Source: a virus (Duplodnaviria; Caudoviricetes). From it: a stretch of DNA of 48,550 nucleotides. A model generated the notes under the pieces. The model was not told where the DNA came from, made no database searches, and saw only the letters and a program-made list of their open reading frames with translations. The DNA is taken from the IMG/VR virus record IMGVR_UViG_3300006810_014097, positions 1 through 48,550 of that record. One strand, 5' to 3'. Positions 27,325-36,271 of this stretch are shown in pieces; position 1 is the first letter of the stretch, and the number at the start of each line of letters is the position of its first letter. The position numbers and the translations under genes were made by a program.

Positions 27325-28043
27325 GCCGCCTCCCAGTCGATCTTGGCCGGCAGCGGCGGGATAGCTTCCAGGGTTTGCAGGTTCAGCAGGGTGAAGTAGC
27401 CGCCCCGCTCCGGCATCCATCCTGCCGTGTCGATGTGGTAGACGTTGCCGAGCAATACCGGCGCCTTGACCGGGGTATGGCCGCACACGACGGCGCGCAC
27501 GTCCTTGACGCCGGCCGCGTCTCCGAACTCGAAACGGCTGCGCGACCACATGCAGGTGTTTTTGACGAGTTTCAGGCTCTGCCCTGTCAGGCTCTCAAGC
27601 TGAAACTGCAGTTCGAACCAAGAAGGGAACGGGCAATCGGCGTGCACCAGCCCGACAAGACCTGCGTCAGTCTCGACTTCAATGGCGATGGGCAGCTCAC
27701 GGAACTGTGCGGCGAACTCGCGCTGTTCGTCCCAGTTCAGACCGGCAAACCAGGCACCGCCGTTGTAGATCCAGTTATCCACGTCACAGGTGTCGAAGCG
27801 GCACACATAGTCATCGTGGTTGCCGCGCACCGGGTGGAACCATGGCTTGGCCAGCCAGTTGAGCACTTGGCGGCACTCCGGCCCACGGTCCACCAAATCA
27901 CCAACGGAGAACAGGCGATCAATCTCTGGATCGAACCCGGCCTTATCCAGAGCCTCCTGTAGAAGCGTGAAGTGCCCATGGATGTCGCCAACTGCGAAGT
28001 CTCGGCCGCCGTTCTCATTCGGCGGGTAGCGATGAATTGGCAT
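27321..28043 (-). CDS. NinI-like Ser/Thr protein phosphatase
   Basis: GDIHG, GDLVDRG, RGNHD, HAD, GHT and IDT motifs as in lambda phosphatase. Confidence 0.92.
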   Translation of the reverse strand: MPIHRYPPNENGGRDFAVGDIHGHFTLLQEALDKAGFDPEIDRLFSVGDLVDRGPECRQVLNWLAKPWFHPVRGNHDDYVCRFDTCDVDNWIYNGGAWFAGLNWDEQREFAAQFRELPIAIEVETDAGLVGLVHADCPFPSWFELQFQLESLTGQSLKLVKNTCMWSRSRFEFGDAAGVKDVRAVVCGHTPVKAPVLLGNVYHIDTAGWMPERGGYFTLLNLQTLEAIPPLPAKIDWEAA

Positions 28044-28045
28044 GC

Positions 28046-28240
28046 TCACGACCGCACCTCCCTGCAAACGTCCATCACGCCCATGGCGTACTGCGCCGGC
28101 TGCTGCTTGGCGGTCGATTCCAGGTTGTCGAGTACGGTGATCAGCGGCCCGCGCTCGTCGAACATTGCGCGCGGCGCTCCGAGTACGGCCTTGATGCAGT
28201 CGATTGCGTGCATGCGGCCTTCTTGGCGTTGGTGGTTCAT
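28046..28240 (-). CDS. Hypothetical protein
   Basis: Coupled ORF. Confidence 0.6.
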   Translation of the reverse strand: MNHQRQEGRMHAIDCIKAVLGAPRAMFDERGPLITVLDNLESTAKQQPAQYAMGVMDVCREVRS

Positions 28241-28695
28241 GCGGCCTCTCCCATGTTGCAGCGCATCTTCATGTACTCACTGTCCTCCGGGTGCGGCAGG
28301 TAGATGCCGTGCTCCTGAGCCCAGGCGTCGATGCAGGTCATGAACGAGTGCATGGCGCCCTTGTCGAGCTGGCTGGTGTGCCGCAGCTCGTAGCGCTCGG
28401 TGATCTCGCCCGTCTTGAGGTTGATGTCGCGCACTGCCTCTTCGCCAAGGAACGTCTGCTTGAGGTTGCGCTTGACGTTCTCGGCGTTCATCGCGGCGCC
28501 AGTGGCGAATGTGGTTTTGCCCATGCGGACGAAGAACTGCGCGATCTCTTCGCACCACTTGTGGAACAGCGCGTTCTGCGGAAGGCTGCGGCCGGCTCCG
28601 GTAATGGTGACGTTGCAGGGGAAACCCTTCTTGCGGATCTCGGCTTGCAGGATGCCCAGGTCGCTGAGCTGGTTCAGGCGGATTTTCTCAGCCAT
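28237..28695 (-). CDS. NinB/YbcN-like recombination protein
   Basis: RSLPQNALFHKW...LRHTSQLDKGAM..F. Confidence 0.85.
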   Translation of the reverse strand: MAEKIRLNQLSDLGILQAEIRKKGFPCNVTITGAGRSLPQNALFHKWCEEIAQFFVRMGKTTFATGAAMNAENVKRNLKQTFLGEEAVRDINLKTGEITERYELRHTSQLDKGAMHSFMTCIDAWAQEHGIYLPHPEDSEYMKMRCNMGEAA

Positions 28696-29380
28696 GGTTC
28701 GCCTCCTGCGCCATGGCGGCATCAGCACCTTCCATGTATGCGCGGCCGATTCCACCAAGAGAGAGCATTTTCTCTGCCTGTTCGCATGCCTCCATCAGGC
28801 CAGCATCAGGCCCGGCAGTGCCGCCAGATGTCCTGGCGCACACAACTAGCCGCTTCATGGCCTTGGCTGTTTCGGTGCTTACGTTCTTCACGCCGGAAAG
28901 CTCTTCTCGCAGCTCTGCAAGCTCAGCCAAAGCGGCGTCGCGCTCGGCCTCGGCTTTTGCCAGCCTTTCAGTTATCTCATGCCCAGGGATAGGGGCGCGT
29001 GCCGCGAACTCGTAGCATTGCGAGGAAGAGGCAGCGCCGGACGCCACCATTCGAATCAGGGCCATGGCCTGCATACGGTGCATGTCAAACTGGAGGGCAA
29101 GGTTTCTCCATTGCTCGCCGGACTCACACTCATCCAGCAGCGAGAGGACGGCGGCGGGATTGGCGGCGGCGATAAAGGCTGCGTTAGCGCGGCACTTTTC
29201 GGCTGTCGGAACCAGGCAGTTCACAAAGGCCTGGCCGATACGCCCGCCATCCTTTTGCGCGACATAGGCGCCGATCACGTTACCACCGACGATTCCAACT
29301 TCGTCGCCGTCAGTTAACCACTTACCAGGCGTTGCCGCCTCAGCCAGCCTGCGCAGCTCGGCCTTGTTCACGTCAGTCAT
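28688..29380 (-). CDS. Ead/Ea22-like protein
   Basis: ELRRLAEAATPGKW...NAAFIAAANPAAVLSLLDE. Confidence 0.85.
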   Translation of the reverse strand: MTDVNKAELRRLAEAATPGKWLTDGDEVGIVGGNVIGAYVAQKDGGRIGQAFVNCLVPTAEKCRANAAFIAAANPAAVLSLLDECESGEQWRNLALQFDMHRMQAMALIRMVASGAASSSQCYEFAARAPIPGHEITERLAKAEAERDAALAELAELREELSGVKNVSTETAKAMKRLVVCARTSGGTAGPDAGLMEACEQAEKMLSLGGIGRAYMEGADAAMAQEANHG

Positions 29381-29570
29381 GGCAGCGATCCATATTCTCC
29401 TTGTTGAAGAAAAGCGGCCAAGCCAGCACGACAAAGGCAGCCACGATGGCCACCACGACCACTTCTGGCCGGCGTCCGATGCATACCGAGCAAATAGCAC
29501 TCCAGCGATCCAGCATCAGGCCAAGCGACATAGCCAAGCCGATCAGGAGATAGGCGATCACGATGCTCAT
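29373..29570 (-). CDS. Small two-TM membrane protein
   Basis: Two hydrophobic stretches; coupled ORF. Confidence 0.6.
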   Translation of the reverse strand: MSIVIAYLLIGLAMSLGLMLDRWSAICSVCIGRRPEVVVVAIVAAFVVLAWPLFFNKENMDRCHD

Positions 29571-29956
29571 TGGCTCACCCCCACACGCTCGTACACGTCG
29601 CCAACGCGGCGCAGGCCTGGCACGGACTGCTCGATCAGCATGCCCTCGACGATGGTCGCGCTACGGCCACCGCAGGCGATGCATAGAGGGTCGCGGCAGG
29701 TGACGCGCCAGCCGTTGGTGAGCAGCTTGTCCAGGTGCTTGCGCAGGCCGAACAGCTTGCGCTGGTTCTCGTGCAGTGCCCGGTATGCGCTGATCGCCCG
29801 AGTGATCGAACCGACCGCCGACCAGAACACGAAACCCGGCTCATGCGCCGTCTTCATCTGGTCCGCCTTCAGATGCTGCGCAAACTGCTTGCCGTCCCAG
29901 TCCGCAACAATCAGCCAGCCGCCTTCGTGGCGCTCGCAGTGCCATTTGGTGTTCAT
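29567..29956 (-). CDS. Hypothetical protein
   Basis: AAGGAG SD; ATGA overlap. Confidence 0.65.
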   Translation of the reverse strand: MNTKWHCERHEGGWLIVADWDGKQFAQHLKADQMKTAHEPGFVFWSAVGSITRAISAYRALHENQRKLFGLRKHLDKLLTNGWRVTCRDPLCIACGGRSATIVEGMLIEQSVPGLRRVGDVYERVGVSQ

Positions 29957-30168
29957 TGCAATTGCTCCTTGAGGGCTTCTACCCTCACCTGGGCCCATGC
30001 AACTACGTCGTCGCCGGCCTCTTCTTCGTGGATGATTTCCCCGTCGTCTAACTCGCCAGTGGCCTTTATCGACTCGACGCGGGCATAGGCGTCGTCAAGG
30101 TTGTCCGCGTAGATGTGCACTTCGTACAGATCGCCGTTGTGCATGTACTGGAGGCCGTACTTAGGCAT
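29953..30168 (-). CDS. Acidic hypothetical protein
   Basis: GGAGG SD; coupled ORF. Confidence 0.65.
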   Translation of the reverse strand: MPKYGLQYMHNGDLYEVHIYADNLDDAYARVESIKATGELDDGEIIHEEEAGDDVVAWAQVRVEALKEQLQ

Positions 30169-30961
30169 GAGAGGCCTCCAGCATCAGTTCAAACTGCGGT
30201 ACCGGAGTGGCCATTTCTTCAAGCGCGCCGTATATGCGGCGCTGCGCTGTCTCGAAATAGCCAAGCGGCCGGCCGTTCTCGTCTTCGTCTCGCTCAATTC
30301 CGATGAAGTCGCATCCGTTGATGACGGCCGCAACGCCAGTGGTACCGCTGCCCATGGTGTTATCCAGTACACGCATGCCCGGTACCGTGTAGGTCTTCAC
30401 CAGAAAGTCCATCCAGGCCAGCGGTTTCTGAGTCGGTTGGAAGTTGGCGCGCTGCTTGTCGCTGCTGAAGAACTGCACTGAACGCGGGTACCGAGAAGTC
30501 GAGTCGTACTCGGTGAGGCTGATCGCCTTGCCATAGCACTCTGAATTCACGGTTTTGCGCTTGGCAGTGCGCCGCTCGTGGCCGTGCGTCATCTGCGGGT
30601 TGTATGTCGGCTGCTTGCGGTAGAAAACTTGGGCGCTCTCATGGGCGCGAAGCGGTTGCTTCTTGGCGTTCAGGAAGCCGGTTGCGTTTCCCTTTTCCCA
30701 GATCCATTCGTAACGAAACAGCCCGATCTGGCTTGCCACCAGAACGGCGGAGAAAGGCATGGCGGCGTACAGGACAATGGCCGCGTTCGGTTTGGCAATG
30801 CGCAGGTACTGCTCCCAAAGCGGCTCGAGCGGAATGATCGAGTCCCAGGCGCATTCGGTCGCGCCGTATGGAAGGTCAGCCAGGATCAGGTCGACAGACT
30901 CCGAATCAATGCGCTGCATGAACTGCAGACAGTCGCCACGGTAGAGCTGAACATCAGACAT
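30161..30961 (-). CDS. Orphan N4/N6 DNA methyltransferase (beta class)
   Basis: GDCL...DLPY (motif IV) precedes PTQKP and VLDNTMGSGTTG (motif I). Confidence 0.93.
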   Translation of the reverse strand: MSDVQLYRGDCLQFMQRIDSESVDLILADLPYGATECAWDSIIPLEPLWEQYLRIAKPNAAIVLYAAMPFSAVLVASQIGLFRYEWIWEKGNATGFLNAKKQPLRAHESAQVFYRKQPTYNPQMTHGHERRTAKRKTVNSECYGKAISLTEYDSTSRYPRSVQFFSSDKQRANFQPTQKPLAWMDFLVKTYTVPGMRVLDNTMGSGTTGVAAVINGCDFIGIERDEDENGRPLGYFETAQRRIYGALEEMATPVPQFELMLEASHA

Positions 30962-31190
30962 TGGCCACCTCCAGCGGCAGCAGCCAGGATTTGGTCGACT
31001 TGTCCGGAGCGTTGAATGCCCCGCCGTCCTCGCGCAGAAAGCAGCGGGTTTCCTTGCCGATGCGGACGAGGAACAGGAGCGGCTTGATGTCGGCAATGCG
31101 ACCGGTCACGTCGCCGGTATGGCGAGTCACACGCACGGTCTGGCCGACGATCAGCGATGCCAGGAATTCCTTGGTAGGACGCTCGTTCAT
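30954..31190 (-). CDS. Hypothetical protein
   Basis: GGAGG SD; coupled ORF. Confidence 0.6.
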   Translation of the reverse strand: MNERPTKEFLASLIVGQTVRVTRHTGDVTGRIADIKPLLFLVRIGKETRCFLREDGGAFNAPDKSTKSWLLPLEVANV

Positions 31191-31399
31191 GCTGCCTCCT
31201 CCATGTCGCTGCCCATGATCTGCAGGTGGTTTTCGCAGATCGCCTGAGCATCCTTGGCGTCGTCGCACACGCGGCCGATGAAGTCGCCGTGAACGCTGGC
31301 CCGGTACTTGGCCTGGTCGGCCACCATGAACTTGGCGACCTTGTACTGTGGGCTGCTGTCGCTCACAGCAACGCAGTCAGAGCGCTTGGCCCATTTCAT
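31187..31399 (-). CDS. Hypothetical protein
   Basis: ATGA overlap with the DnaC-like gene. Confidence 0.65.
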   Translation of the reverse strand: MKWAKRSDCVAVSDSSPQYKVAKFMVADQAKYRASVHGDFIGRVCDDAKDAQAICENHLQIMGSDMEEAA

Positions 31400-32214
31400 T
31401 GGATGGCACCCCGCTCTGAGTCCCAGTCGAACACGACAAGCTTTCCGCCGTTCTCGCGCAGTCGGTCCATCACGCGGTCGCCCAGGTAGGTCGGCAGATC
31501 GTCCTTGCCACGGTTGGAAATCAGCACGGTCGGCTTCATGGCTTCATACCGGCCATTGATCAGCTCGAACATCACGGTGCGCTCGAACTCGGTCGAGTTC
31601 TGCACGCCAACCTCGTCGAGTATCAGCAGATCCGGCGACTGGAATAGCTGGTAGGCCTGCGCTTCTGTGTGATCGCTGTCGCGGTCGAAAGAGGCCTTCA
31701 CGTGGCGAATTACAGAGCTTGCGGTGACGTAGAGCGCGGCCATGCCAAACTCGCGCATGACGTGGTTCCCGATGGCGGCGGCCAGGTGCGTCTTTCCGGT
31801 GCCGACGTTGCCCAGGAGCAGGAGGCAACGCCCCTGTTTGGCATGCGCAAGGAAGTTCTCGGCGTAGTCGCCGCAGACACGCAGAGCGCGTTTCTGCTCG
31901 GCCGTGACAGCGCGATAACCGCTCAGGGTGCGTTCAGCAAAGCGAGGCGGGATGCAGGCACGACCAACGCGCATCTCGATGGACCGTTTGGCATTATCTC
32001 GCATCAGCTCTTCTTGGCTGGCACGGATATCGGCCTCGCGCTTCTCGTCCATGCACTTCTGGCAACCAACCCAGGCTGCCGGACGAGACTTGCCCAGTCC
32101 CATCAGGTTGTCGGTGTACGGGCCATGGGCTGCACAGGTGCGCTGCTCGCTCTTGAGCACTGTGCCCAAGCCGCCCATGAGGCCGATGATTTCAGATGGG
32201 GTATGAGCCGTCAT
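31396..32214 (-). CDS. DnaC/IstB-like helicase loader ATPase
   Basis: Walker A GNVGTGKT, LLILDE, PTVLISN, DRLRE. Confidence 0.93.
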   Translation of the reverse strand: MTAHTPSEIIGLMGGLGTVLKSEQRTCAAHGPYTDNLMGLGKSRPAAWVGCQKCMDEKREADIRASQEELMRDNAKRSIEMRVGRACIPPRFAERTLSGYRAVTAEQKRALRVCGDYAENFLAHAKQGRCLLLLGNVGTGKTHLAAAIGNHVMREFGMAALYVTASSVIRHVKASFDRDSDHTEAQAYQLFQSPDLLILDEVGVQNSTEFERTVMFELINGRYEAMKPTVLISNRGKDDLPTYLGDRVMDRLRENGGKLVVFDWDSERGAIQ

Positions 32215-33034
32215 CGTTCTGCTCCCCTAGGTTTGCGCGGTGGTCGATCTGGTTAAGTCCGGTGTGGCGGCTTACGGTCTTCGCAGGCTTCGCCGGCACG
32301 GAATCAGGGAAAAGCCCCTGCCAACCGTTAGCGATGGATTTCTCAAGAACGGCATCAGGGTTCGCGCAGTCAGCGAGTAGCGCAGCCTGAGCCTCACAGG
32401 TGGTTTCCTTCAGCGGCTTACCGAGTTCCTTGCGGCACTTGACCCAGCGAGCCCACACCCCATGCGTCACGTTTGGCGGGCAAGCGGTCAGCGGATCGAA
32501 CTTGGCGGATGGCTTCGCAGGTTTTTCAGGCTTGGCAGGTTTCTCGTCACCAACCGGTGCGGCAGCTCCGGTTTCCCCCTCGGGGGGTAAGGGGGGCTTT
32601 TGCTCTTGATCTTTAATCTTCTCTACATCTTCTTTAGGTAACGCATCGATAACGCTCGGAGCGTTACCTTTGTCGTTACCTTTTGCATTAGCGGCCTTGT
32701 GATTCGCTACGCGCTTAGCCGTGAGAAGCCGATTCTTCGCGGTCTTGCCGTTGTGGCGCTCGAAATGAGGAAGACTGATCGCGCCCGCCTCTTCGATCAT
32801 CCAGCCAACGAATTTCATGTGATCGCAGAAACCAGTAACGCCGACCAAACGATCCAGTAACTTTTTGCTAACGCTCGGAGCGTTACCATTTTCTGTCTGC
32901 TGATCGAACCATCCCCACACGCGCAGGAGCTTTCCGACCACTGCATCAAGGTCGATATCCGCGAGGTCGGCGATCTGGCACACCTCTGGCTTATCCAGGG
33001 TGGTCAGTTCGAACTTGATCCAATCACCGGCCAT
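32192..33034 (-). CDS. Replication initiator (O-like)
   Basis: MAGDWIK...DKPEV...VVGKL.RVW.W.D; C-terminal SIANGWQGLF; internal repeats; upstream of the loader. Confidence 0.85.
   Translation of the reverse strand: MAGDWIKFELTTLDKPEVCQIADLADIDLDAVVGKLLRVWGWFDQQTENGNAPSVSKKLLDRLVGVTGFCDHMKFVGWMIEEAGAISLPHFERHNGKTAKNRLLTAKRVANHKAANAKGNDKGNAPSVIDALPKEDVEKIKDQEQKPPLPPEGETGAAAPVGDEKPAKPEKPAKPSAKFDPLTACPPNVTHGVWARWVKCRKELGKPLKETTCEAQAALLADCANPDAVLEKSIANGWQGLFPDSVPAKPAKTVSRHTGLNQIDHRANLGEQNDDGSYPI
32598..32887. repeat. Putative replication origin: two 19-bp palindromic repeats plus an AT-rich tract
   Basis: TAACGCTCGGAGCGTTACC at 32650-32668 and 32869-32887; partial GGTAACG copies nearby; AT-rich 32598-32640. 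Confidence 0.65.
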
Positions 33035-33035
33035 T

Positions 33036-33458
33036 TCAGGCTGCCTTTACCGACTGCTCGAGCACGTCGAGCGCATCGCGTGCGCCGGCAATCTCGCGCT
33101 TGATCAGGGCCTTCTCGGTCTGGCACACAAGCCCGTCTGCCATCGCCTCGGTAACGGCCTTGGTCACGTCCGCCACTTCTGCATGCATGTGCAGGACTGC
33201 TTGGGGCAGGTTCTTCGCCGATACGGCCTCCTTGGCGACCAGCGCATATCCGAACTCAGCGGCCAGGGCCTGCAGCGGGCGCATGTCGCCGGAGTGGGTC
33301 AGGATCTGGAACAGGTGATTGATCGTGAGCTTGTGAGCGTCGTTGTCCGGGTTTGCACGCTGCAGCAGGCTGACGTGAGGCAGGCCCATGTCCGCAGCCA
33401 GGCGCTTCGCGTCGGCGTCCTTCACGGCGTCGTGGCAAGCCCTCAGAAAATCGTCCAT
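33036..33458 (-). CDS. CII-family regulatory protein
   Basis: MDDFLRACHDAVK...LAA.MG....SLLQRANPDND.H.L; lies between cro and O. Confidence 0.8.
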   Translation of the reverse strand: MDDFLRACHDAVKDADAKRLAADMGLPHVSLLQRANPDNDAHKLTINHLFQILTHSGDMRPLQALAAEFGYALVAKEAVSAKNLPQAVLHMHAEVADVTKAVTEAMADGLVCQTEKALIKREIAGARDALDVLEQSVKAA

Positions 33459-33545
33459 TCGTAAAACCTCGCTGGTGTTTCCGTGGCGCCATCGACTTGG
33501 CGTTGGCAACCTGTCATCACTCGATCAGCCGACAGGTGAAAACCC

Positions 33546-33785
33546 ATGCAACCGACCATCGAAACTCTCCAGGGCGAACTGCTTGCCCTTCGCTGCCACA
33601 TCGCTGCGCTCATGGAGCTGCAGCCTCTTCAATCCCAGCTGCGGTTCAGGGCTAAGCTGGAATCCGCCTGCTTACTCGTCCGTCCGTGCCAGCGTGGCGA
33701 GCGTCAGGACGGGTTTGATCAGGTGGTAACGTCGCTGGCGGTTAAGCGACAGCCAGCAGCGCAGGGCAAAGTTCATGTGCCTTGA
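33546..33785 (+). CDS. Hypothetical protein antisense between cII and cro
   Basis: 79 aa; AGGT SD; fills the cro-cII gap. Confidence 0.5.
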   Translation: MQPTIETLQGELLALRCHIAALMELQPLQSQLRFRAKLESACLLVRPCQRGERQDGFDQVVTSLAVKRQPAAQGKVHVP

Positions 33786-33945
33786 AGGCGCCGCCTGTGA
33801 CGCGCTCGGCTCGAAGTGCCGTGACGGCGCTCATGCCATGCTTGCCAGTGATCCAGCCGGAAACGGTCCCCTGCTTAACGCCAAGGGCCGTGGCGGTGTT
33901 CTCTTGGCTTTTGAAGTGCGCGACAAGGCGCTCGTAAGTCGTCAT
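33742..33945 (-). CDS. cro: Cro-like repressor
   Basis: 67-aa HTH (SQENTATALGVKQGTVSGW...TGG...ELCP), divergent from cI. Confidence 0.9.
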   Translation of the reverse strand: MTTYERLVAHFKSQENTATALGVKQGTVSGWITGKHGMSAVTALRAERVTGGAFKAHELCPALLAVA

Positions 33946-33957
33946 TCCTCAATCCTC

Positions 33958-34021
33958 CATAGGATTTCCTATGATCTTAGACATAGGCAATCCTGTTTGC
34001 AAGCACATAGGGAAACCTTTG
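33958..34021. promoter_or_regulatory. OR1-OR3 operators and PR (TTGCAA-N17-TAAGAT, minus strand)
   Basis: ATAGG-N4-CCTAT palindromes at 33958, 33982 and 34006 (24-bp period), progressively more degenerate towards cI. Confidence 0.85.
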
Positions 34022-34032
34022 AAAATCGGCGC

Positions 34033-34779
34033 ATGGAATACAAAGACCGATTGAAACAGGCACGCAAGCACGCGAAGCTTTCCCAGCTAGAACTGGCTCA
34101 GCGCGTGGGCATTACTCAGACCTCTATCTCTGATCTGGAGAGGGGCAAATCTGCCTCATCCTCATACAACGCCAGCATTGCCAAGAACTGCGGCGTGAGC
34201 GCTATATGGCTGGAGAACGGCACCGGCCCCATGATTCCGGTTCGCCTTGAGCTGGCCGTGCATAACAAAGAAATGAAGGGCTTCGAGCCGGCAGGCTCTG
34301 GAAACGTCCAGGCCTACGACCCAGAAGACCAACTGCCAGACGATGCCGTTGCCATAAGCGAGTATCAAGTGAACTTCTCAGCCGGAAATGGACACCAGGC
34401 GCTGTACGAGATCATCGAGGAATCCGACCCAGCGATTTACAAGCTGTCGTGGTTCCGTGCCGAGCGGATCAAGCCAGAGAAATGCAAACGCTTCAGGGTG
34501 AGGGGCGACAGCATGGAGACGACGCTATTCGACGGCGATTCCGTGCTGGTCAACATGGAAGAGAACGAGCCCACTAAGATCATTGACGGCAAGGTCTACG
34601 CGCTTCGCTACGGTAACGACCTGCGCATCAAGCGGCTGTTCAAGAAGCTGGACGGCAGCCTTCGCCTGGTCAGCGATAACCAGGCCTACCCCATTGAAGA
34701 CATCGCCGCCGATGTCGCCCAGGAACACATAACCATAATCGGCCGCGTGCGGGATAAGAGTGGGAAAGGCGGACTGTAG
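34033..34779 (+). CDS. cI: CI repressor (XRE HTH + S24 peptidase)
   Basis: LSQLELAQRVGITQTSISDLERG; SAG cleavage site; GDSME and IKRL catalytic Ser/Lys. Confidence 0.96.
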   Translation: MEYKDRLKQARKHAKLSQLELAQRVGITQTSISDLERGKSASSSYNASIAKNCGVSAIWLENGTGPMIPVRLELAVHNKEMKGFEPAGSGNVQAYDPEDQLPDDAVAISEYQVNFSAGNGHQALYEIIEESDPAIYKLSWFRAERIKPEKCKRFRVRGDSMETTLFDGDSVLVNMEENEPTKIIDGKVYALRYGNDLRIKRLFKKLDGSLRLVSDNQAYPIEDIAADVAQEHITIIGRVRDKSGKGGL

Positions 34780-34795
34780 AACAGAAGGAGGTTGT

Positions 34796-35128
34796 ATGGC
34801 TTTGGTCAAATGCAAGGAGTGCGGCGGGATCTTATCGACTGAAGCCAAGGCCTGTCCGCACTGTGGCGCGCTGCAGAGCAGGCGGGCGAGCTACCTATGG
34901 CTTCTAGTCTTGCCGGTCGGTGCGATAGCTGCCTTTCTGACATTTGGCTTCCTCAGTTCTGACGCCGTAAAGAGCAGAGATCGCGCCGCCATTGATCAGT
35001 GCTGGAGAAGTGCGCGAACGGTCATTACAGGAAGCGCCGCAAGAAGTCTTGCCGACAAAGCATGCCGCGCCATGGTCGCTGATTTCGAGCGCAAGTACGG
35101 TCCATCACCGTCTCTGCCGCGTAACTGA
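34796..35128 (+). CDS. Zinc-ribbon membrane protein (immunity-region moron)
   Basis: MALVKCKECG...ACPHCG followed by a TM helix; AGGAGG SD. Confidence 0.8.
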   Translation: MALVKCKECGGILSTEAKACPHCGALQSRRASYLWLLVLPVGAIAAFLTFGFLSSDAVKSRDRAAIDQCWRSARTVITGSAARSLADKACRAMVADFERKYGPSPSLPRN

Positions 35129-35149
35129 AAATTGGACAAGGAGGTCGCC

Positions 35150-35821
35150 ATGCGCGCCGCCGTCATCGCCACAGCAATCGCTTTTGCCCTTTCTGGATGC
35201 GCTGCATCGGTTAAAAAGAGCAATCATGAAACGCTATCGGTCTACACAGACGCTAAGCAAGAGATCATCTTCAGCGTGAGCGGTAGCGAGTGGGTGGAGA
35301 GCAACCCGGAATGGCTGAAATTCAGGGCTGCATGGCTAACCGCGATGCGCTCAGAGGCGACCCGGGTAGGTATCAAGTATTCCGACATTGGCAAGGCCAA
35401 AAGGCTTGCGCCATACCCGGCAACGGTGGTCGCAGTTGACGTTTCGAACTTCCGGTATGTCAGCAAGGATGAGCGATACGGCCTTGGCGTCATGATCGGC
35501 AACGCCTGGGTGAACTCCAAAGTGACATTTAGCGATTGGCAAACCAGCGAGCAATACGCCGCGCGCACATACGACACCTCTTCCAGTGCATGGGAGGGCG
35601 TCTTCTCTGCGATGACCAAGGAGCAGATTCAGGCTATCTCGCGCGAAATAGTTTCCGAAATCACTACGGCGTCTAGCAAGAAGCGCTATCAGCAAGCCCC
35701 GAAGGAAGCCGCCAGGCAAGTAGAGATGTCGCGAGAAGAAAGGATAAGGGCCCTTCAGGCTGAGAAGGGTCTGCCCTACGAAGAATATCAGCGCCGCTAC
35801 CGGCAGATCATGAGCCAATAG
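35150..35821 (+). CDS. Lipoprotein (immunity-region moron)
   Basis: MRAAVIATAIAFALSG-C lipobox; AGGAGG SD. Confidence 0.85.
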   Translation: MRAAVIATAIAFALSGCAASVKKSNHETLSVYTDAKQEIIFSVSGSEWVESNPEWLKFRAAWLTAMRSEATRVGIKYSDIGKAKRLAPYPATVVAVDVSNFRYVSKDERYGLGVMIGNAWVNSKVTFSDWQTSEQYAARTYDTSSSAWEGVFSAMTKEQIQAISREIVSEITTASSKKRYQQAPKEAARQVEMSREERIRALQAEKGLPYEEYQRRYRQIMSQ

Positions 35822-35841
35822 CCGCAGCCATTCCGCAAATA

Positions 35842-35866
35842 GAGCCCGCCTAGTGCGGGCTTTTTC
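35842..35866 (+). terminator. Terminator of the cI operon
   Basis: AGCCCGC-CTAGT-GCGGGCT followed by TTTT. Confidence 0.9.
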
Positions 35867-35914
35867 ATGGCCACCTGAAAATTTGCACGCCAAATGAATT
35901 TGCGCAAATCGAAA

Positions 35915-35957
35915 TATAGGATTTCCTGTTGACGATAAAAACAGGCATGCCTATATT
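35915..35957 (+). promoter_or_regulatory. PL promoter with OL operators
   Basis: TTGACG(35929)-N17-TATATT(35952); operators TATAGGATTTCCTGTT and AACAGGCATGCCTATA match the OR consensus. Confidence 0.88.
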
Positions 35958-35962
35958 GAACT

Positions 35963-36255
35963 CAAGCCAGCCACAACTGGCACGGCGAAAGCCAGCTCGA
36001 ACTGCCGGATCGATACCGGCCAGAGCAAGAAGGGGTTTAGCGAGGTCGAGCCCAAATCGACCCACCGGGAAAAGGGATCAGAGATCCTGCCTCGCCCGGC
36101 CAGGCGCAGCGTAGAGCCTGGATGAACAAGAGTGCAGTCGGGCAGAGCCGTGGACTGTGAGACATCGATAGAGCCACGCAAGAAGCCAGATCGCTGCGCG
36201 GGGCGAGCAAGACAGATTTCCTCGATGCCATTCGCAAGAGTGGCATCAGGGAAGT
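35963..36255 (+). ncRNA. Structured PL leader RNA (candidate cis-antiterminator), ending in a long hairpin
   Basis: Serial hairpins; terminal TTCCTCGATGCCATTC-GCAA-GAGTGGCATCAGGGAA. Confidence 0.45.
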
Positions 36256-36271
36256 CAACTAGGAGAAATCC

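Noticed and set aside
33775-34032. 86-aa N-terminal extension of cI in the ORF track
   Set aside because: Overlaps cro and the operators; the HTH begins at ATG 34033
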